Source: Eledone cirrhosa (taxonomy: Eukaryota). Taken from it: a DNA stretch of 64,000 bases. Under the pieces are notes generated by a model that searched no databases, was not told the DNA's origin, and saw only the letters and a program-made list of their open reading frames with translations. The number at the start of each line of letters is the position of its first letter. The first letter of the stretch is position 1. Where the stretch lies: positions 294,996,001 through 295,060,000 of the forward strand of contig OZ024742.1 of the NCBI GenBank assembly GCA_964016885.1, written 5' to 3'. The position numbers and the translations under genes were made by a program. Below are positions 61,465 to 64,000 of the stretch, piece by piece.

Positions 61465-63560
61465 TCATCATCATCATCGTCATCAAGGCTTAGCGTCCGT
61501 GTTCCACGCTTGCATGGGTTTGGACGGGGGTTTTCCCACTTGAGGCAAGAGTGGTTGTCTTGCTCGCATAGGACTGTCTGGCGGGTTTTCTACAGCTGGA
61601 TGCCCTTCCTAACACCAACCACATTTACAGTGTGGGGCTGGGAGGTTTTTACCGTGTTGCCTACACGGCCACATTACAGCGTGGACTGTCTGGCAGGTTT
61701 TCTACAGCTGGATGCCCTTCCTAACACCAACCACATTTACAGTGTGGGGCTGGGAGGTTTTTACCGTGTTGCCTACACGGCCACATTTACAGCGTGGACT
61801 GTGTGTTTTTTGTCATGACACCTACACGATCTCATTTGTTTCGGCCTGGATGTTGTGGCACCAACATAACTTTACATTGAAAGGGGCAGTGTGGATGGGG
61901 TGGGGGTGGTGGGACGGGTGTGTGTTTTGATAGAGATGCCTACTGACTGTAGTAGGTTTTTACTTTGTATTTAGGTAAGGCGAGTCTTCTCTATTACTGA
62001 GTACCGTCAAAGGTCTCGGTCCAGTGACATTGTCTTGGAGAGGTCTAAGCGTGTGAGGTCGGAATTTATCATGTCGTCCCAGGTTTTTCTGGGTCTGCCT
62101 ACTCCGTGGCTACCGTCTATCTTTATTGCCCTGCACTTTGTTATACAGCTGTCGTCTTTCATGCGCATCACGTGACCGTACCAACGTAGCCTTCTTTCGA
62201 GTAAACAACATCTGATCCCTCTTATTTCTAATTTTTTCCTTAGTTCGTTTATGCTTAGCCGTTCACGTATATTACTATTGCACATCCAGCGGAGCATGCA
62301 AGCTTCGTTCCTCTCTAGTCTGCGTATATCCTCTGCACACAATGCCCAGGTCTCACTGCCATGCAGCATTGCTGTTCGTATGCAGGCATCGTATAACCTC
62401 CCTTTCATTTTTAGGGAGAACCCTCTTGCGGCTAATAGTGGTATAAGCTCTCTGAACTTTTTCCATCCTGTTCTGACTCTAGCTAATGTACTTTCAGAGC
62501 ACCCTCCCCCACTGCTGATTTTGTCACCCAGGTAACGGAAGCTGTAAAATCTATGTTCTTAGTTAGCTTACCTGTGATCCCACTACATCTTTTATGCACC
62601 CATACTTTGCATTTGGGACATAAAATGGAGTTTCTACCTACGCCTTTCCTACACACTGAGCATGGCCATTTCCCGGAAGGGACCGCCGCCTTATTTTCTT
62701 TCCTACAAACTAGAACTTTAGTCTTAGCCAGGTTAATTTTAAGGCCTTTTGATTCTAGGCTGTGCTTCCATGTTTGGAATTTCTTCTCTAGTTCGGTCAT
62801 TGATTCAGCTATGAGCGTTAGATCATCTGCGTATAGGAGTTCCCATGGGCAGCCGGTCTTCAACTCCTCTGTTATAGCCTGAAGGGCAATAATAAATAGT
62901 AGGGGGCTAAGAACAGAGCCCTGATGGACACCAACTTTTACGCTAATCTCTTCACTATATTCGTTGTTAATTCTAACCTTGCTGACTGTTTCTTTATACA
63001 TGGCTTGTATAGCTCTCACAAGCCATTCGTCAACACCTAGTTTTCTAAGAGCCCACCAGATAATGAAACGGGGGACTCTGTCGAAGGATTTCTCCAAGTC
63101 AACAAAAGCTAAGTATAGGGGTTTACTTTTAGCTAGGTACTTCTCCTGTAGTTGTCGTACAATGAAAAGAGCGTCTGTGGTACTTTTGCCTGACACAAAC
63201 CCGAACTGCATTTCATCTAGATCAATTCTCTCTCTGATTAGTTGCGCTATTACTTTTTCCGTGACCTTCATGACCTGGTCGATTAATTTAATGCCTCTAT
63301 AGTTACACCTATCTAGGGCATCTCCTTTACCCTTGTAACAGTTAATGATGATGCTGCTATGCCAGTCCTTCGGAACAACCCCATTCTGTATGACTTGGTT
63401 TACTATCCGGGTGACCATGGTGTGTCCCACTGTTCCAGAGGCTTTCAGCATCTCAGCAACTATTTCCGAAGGCCCAGCCGCCTTACCCGTCTTCATATCT
63501 TTGATTGCCTTACTTATTATACTACCTTCGATTAACACTGCTGGTCCCTCTATTGGGTCG
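61465..63560 (-). mobile_element. RTE LINE, 5'-truncated, same family as 18232-19700
   Basis: ORFs 62483-63538 and 62007-62408; 94-bp deletion at ~62545 with TGT microhomology; ~120-bp duplication in the 3' UTR. Confidence 0.92.
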
Positions 63561-64000
63561 AGGTGTAATGACTTGGGCTTTGGTGTTGGTGTAGAGCAGT
63601 GATATCAGGTCCACTATCTTCTTGCGGATTCCATAAGCCTGTAAGATCTTCATCAGGCTGTGATGGTCCATAGAATCAAAGGCCTTCTTAAAGTCAATGA
63701 AAACCATGACTGCAGGAAGGCTCTTTGCTCTATCTCCCTCTAATACCCTCCTCAGCATCAGGATGTGACTGGTGGTTGATCTTCCCTCTCTGAAGTCATT
63801 CTGGTTGTCCCTGAACTTCTTCTCCATCTCAGGCTGGATCCTGTTAAGAATCATCCTGTTGAGGGTCTTTGCCATAAGTGACGTCAGTGAGATCCCCCCT
63901 GTAGTTGTTGGTGTTAGAGAGTTCTCCCTTCTTTGGCACTGGGACAATGTTACTGATCCTCCACTGATTCGGGGCAACTCCTTTCTCCAGTGCCTGGTTA
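63561..64000 (-). mobile_element. RTE-group LINE fragment, same family as 1083-1568, runs off the window
   Basis: GISLTSLMAKTLNRMILNRI..FIDFKKAFDS..TKAQVITP; close nucleotide match to 1083-1499. Confidence 0.88.

Overview
Eukaryotic, AT-rich, repeat-dominated DNA. The tRNA-derived SINEs and PHD-bearing RTE LINEs resemble octopod cephalopod repeats (inference from recalled family resemblance, not a search). The only host gene I can support is an unrecognised 741-aa protein with a signal peptide, a Cys-containing ectodomain and about 9-11 hydrophobic segments, encoded by one coding exon. It occurs twice in a near-identical 12.6-kb head-to-tail duplication (8200-20800, 20801-33399). By my comparison the two ORFs differ at five sites, all non-synonymous, and two of them toggle N-glycosylation sequons. 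The duplicated unit starts only about 210 bp before the exon's splice acceptor, so the copies may act as alternative terminal exons of one gene. The rest is mobile DNA: RTE, CR1 and CRE LINEs, SINEs, non-autonomous Helitrons, a truncated Helentron-type Rep-helicase bracketed by an 88-bp direct repeat, a foldback element, an internally deleted mariner, and three Penelope-like elements with inverted ends and several hammerhead-like motifs. Repeat boundaries were set by eye and are approximate.
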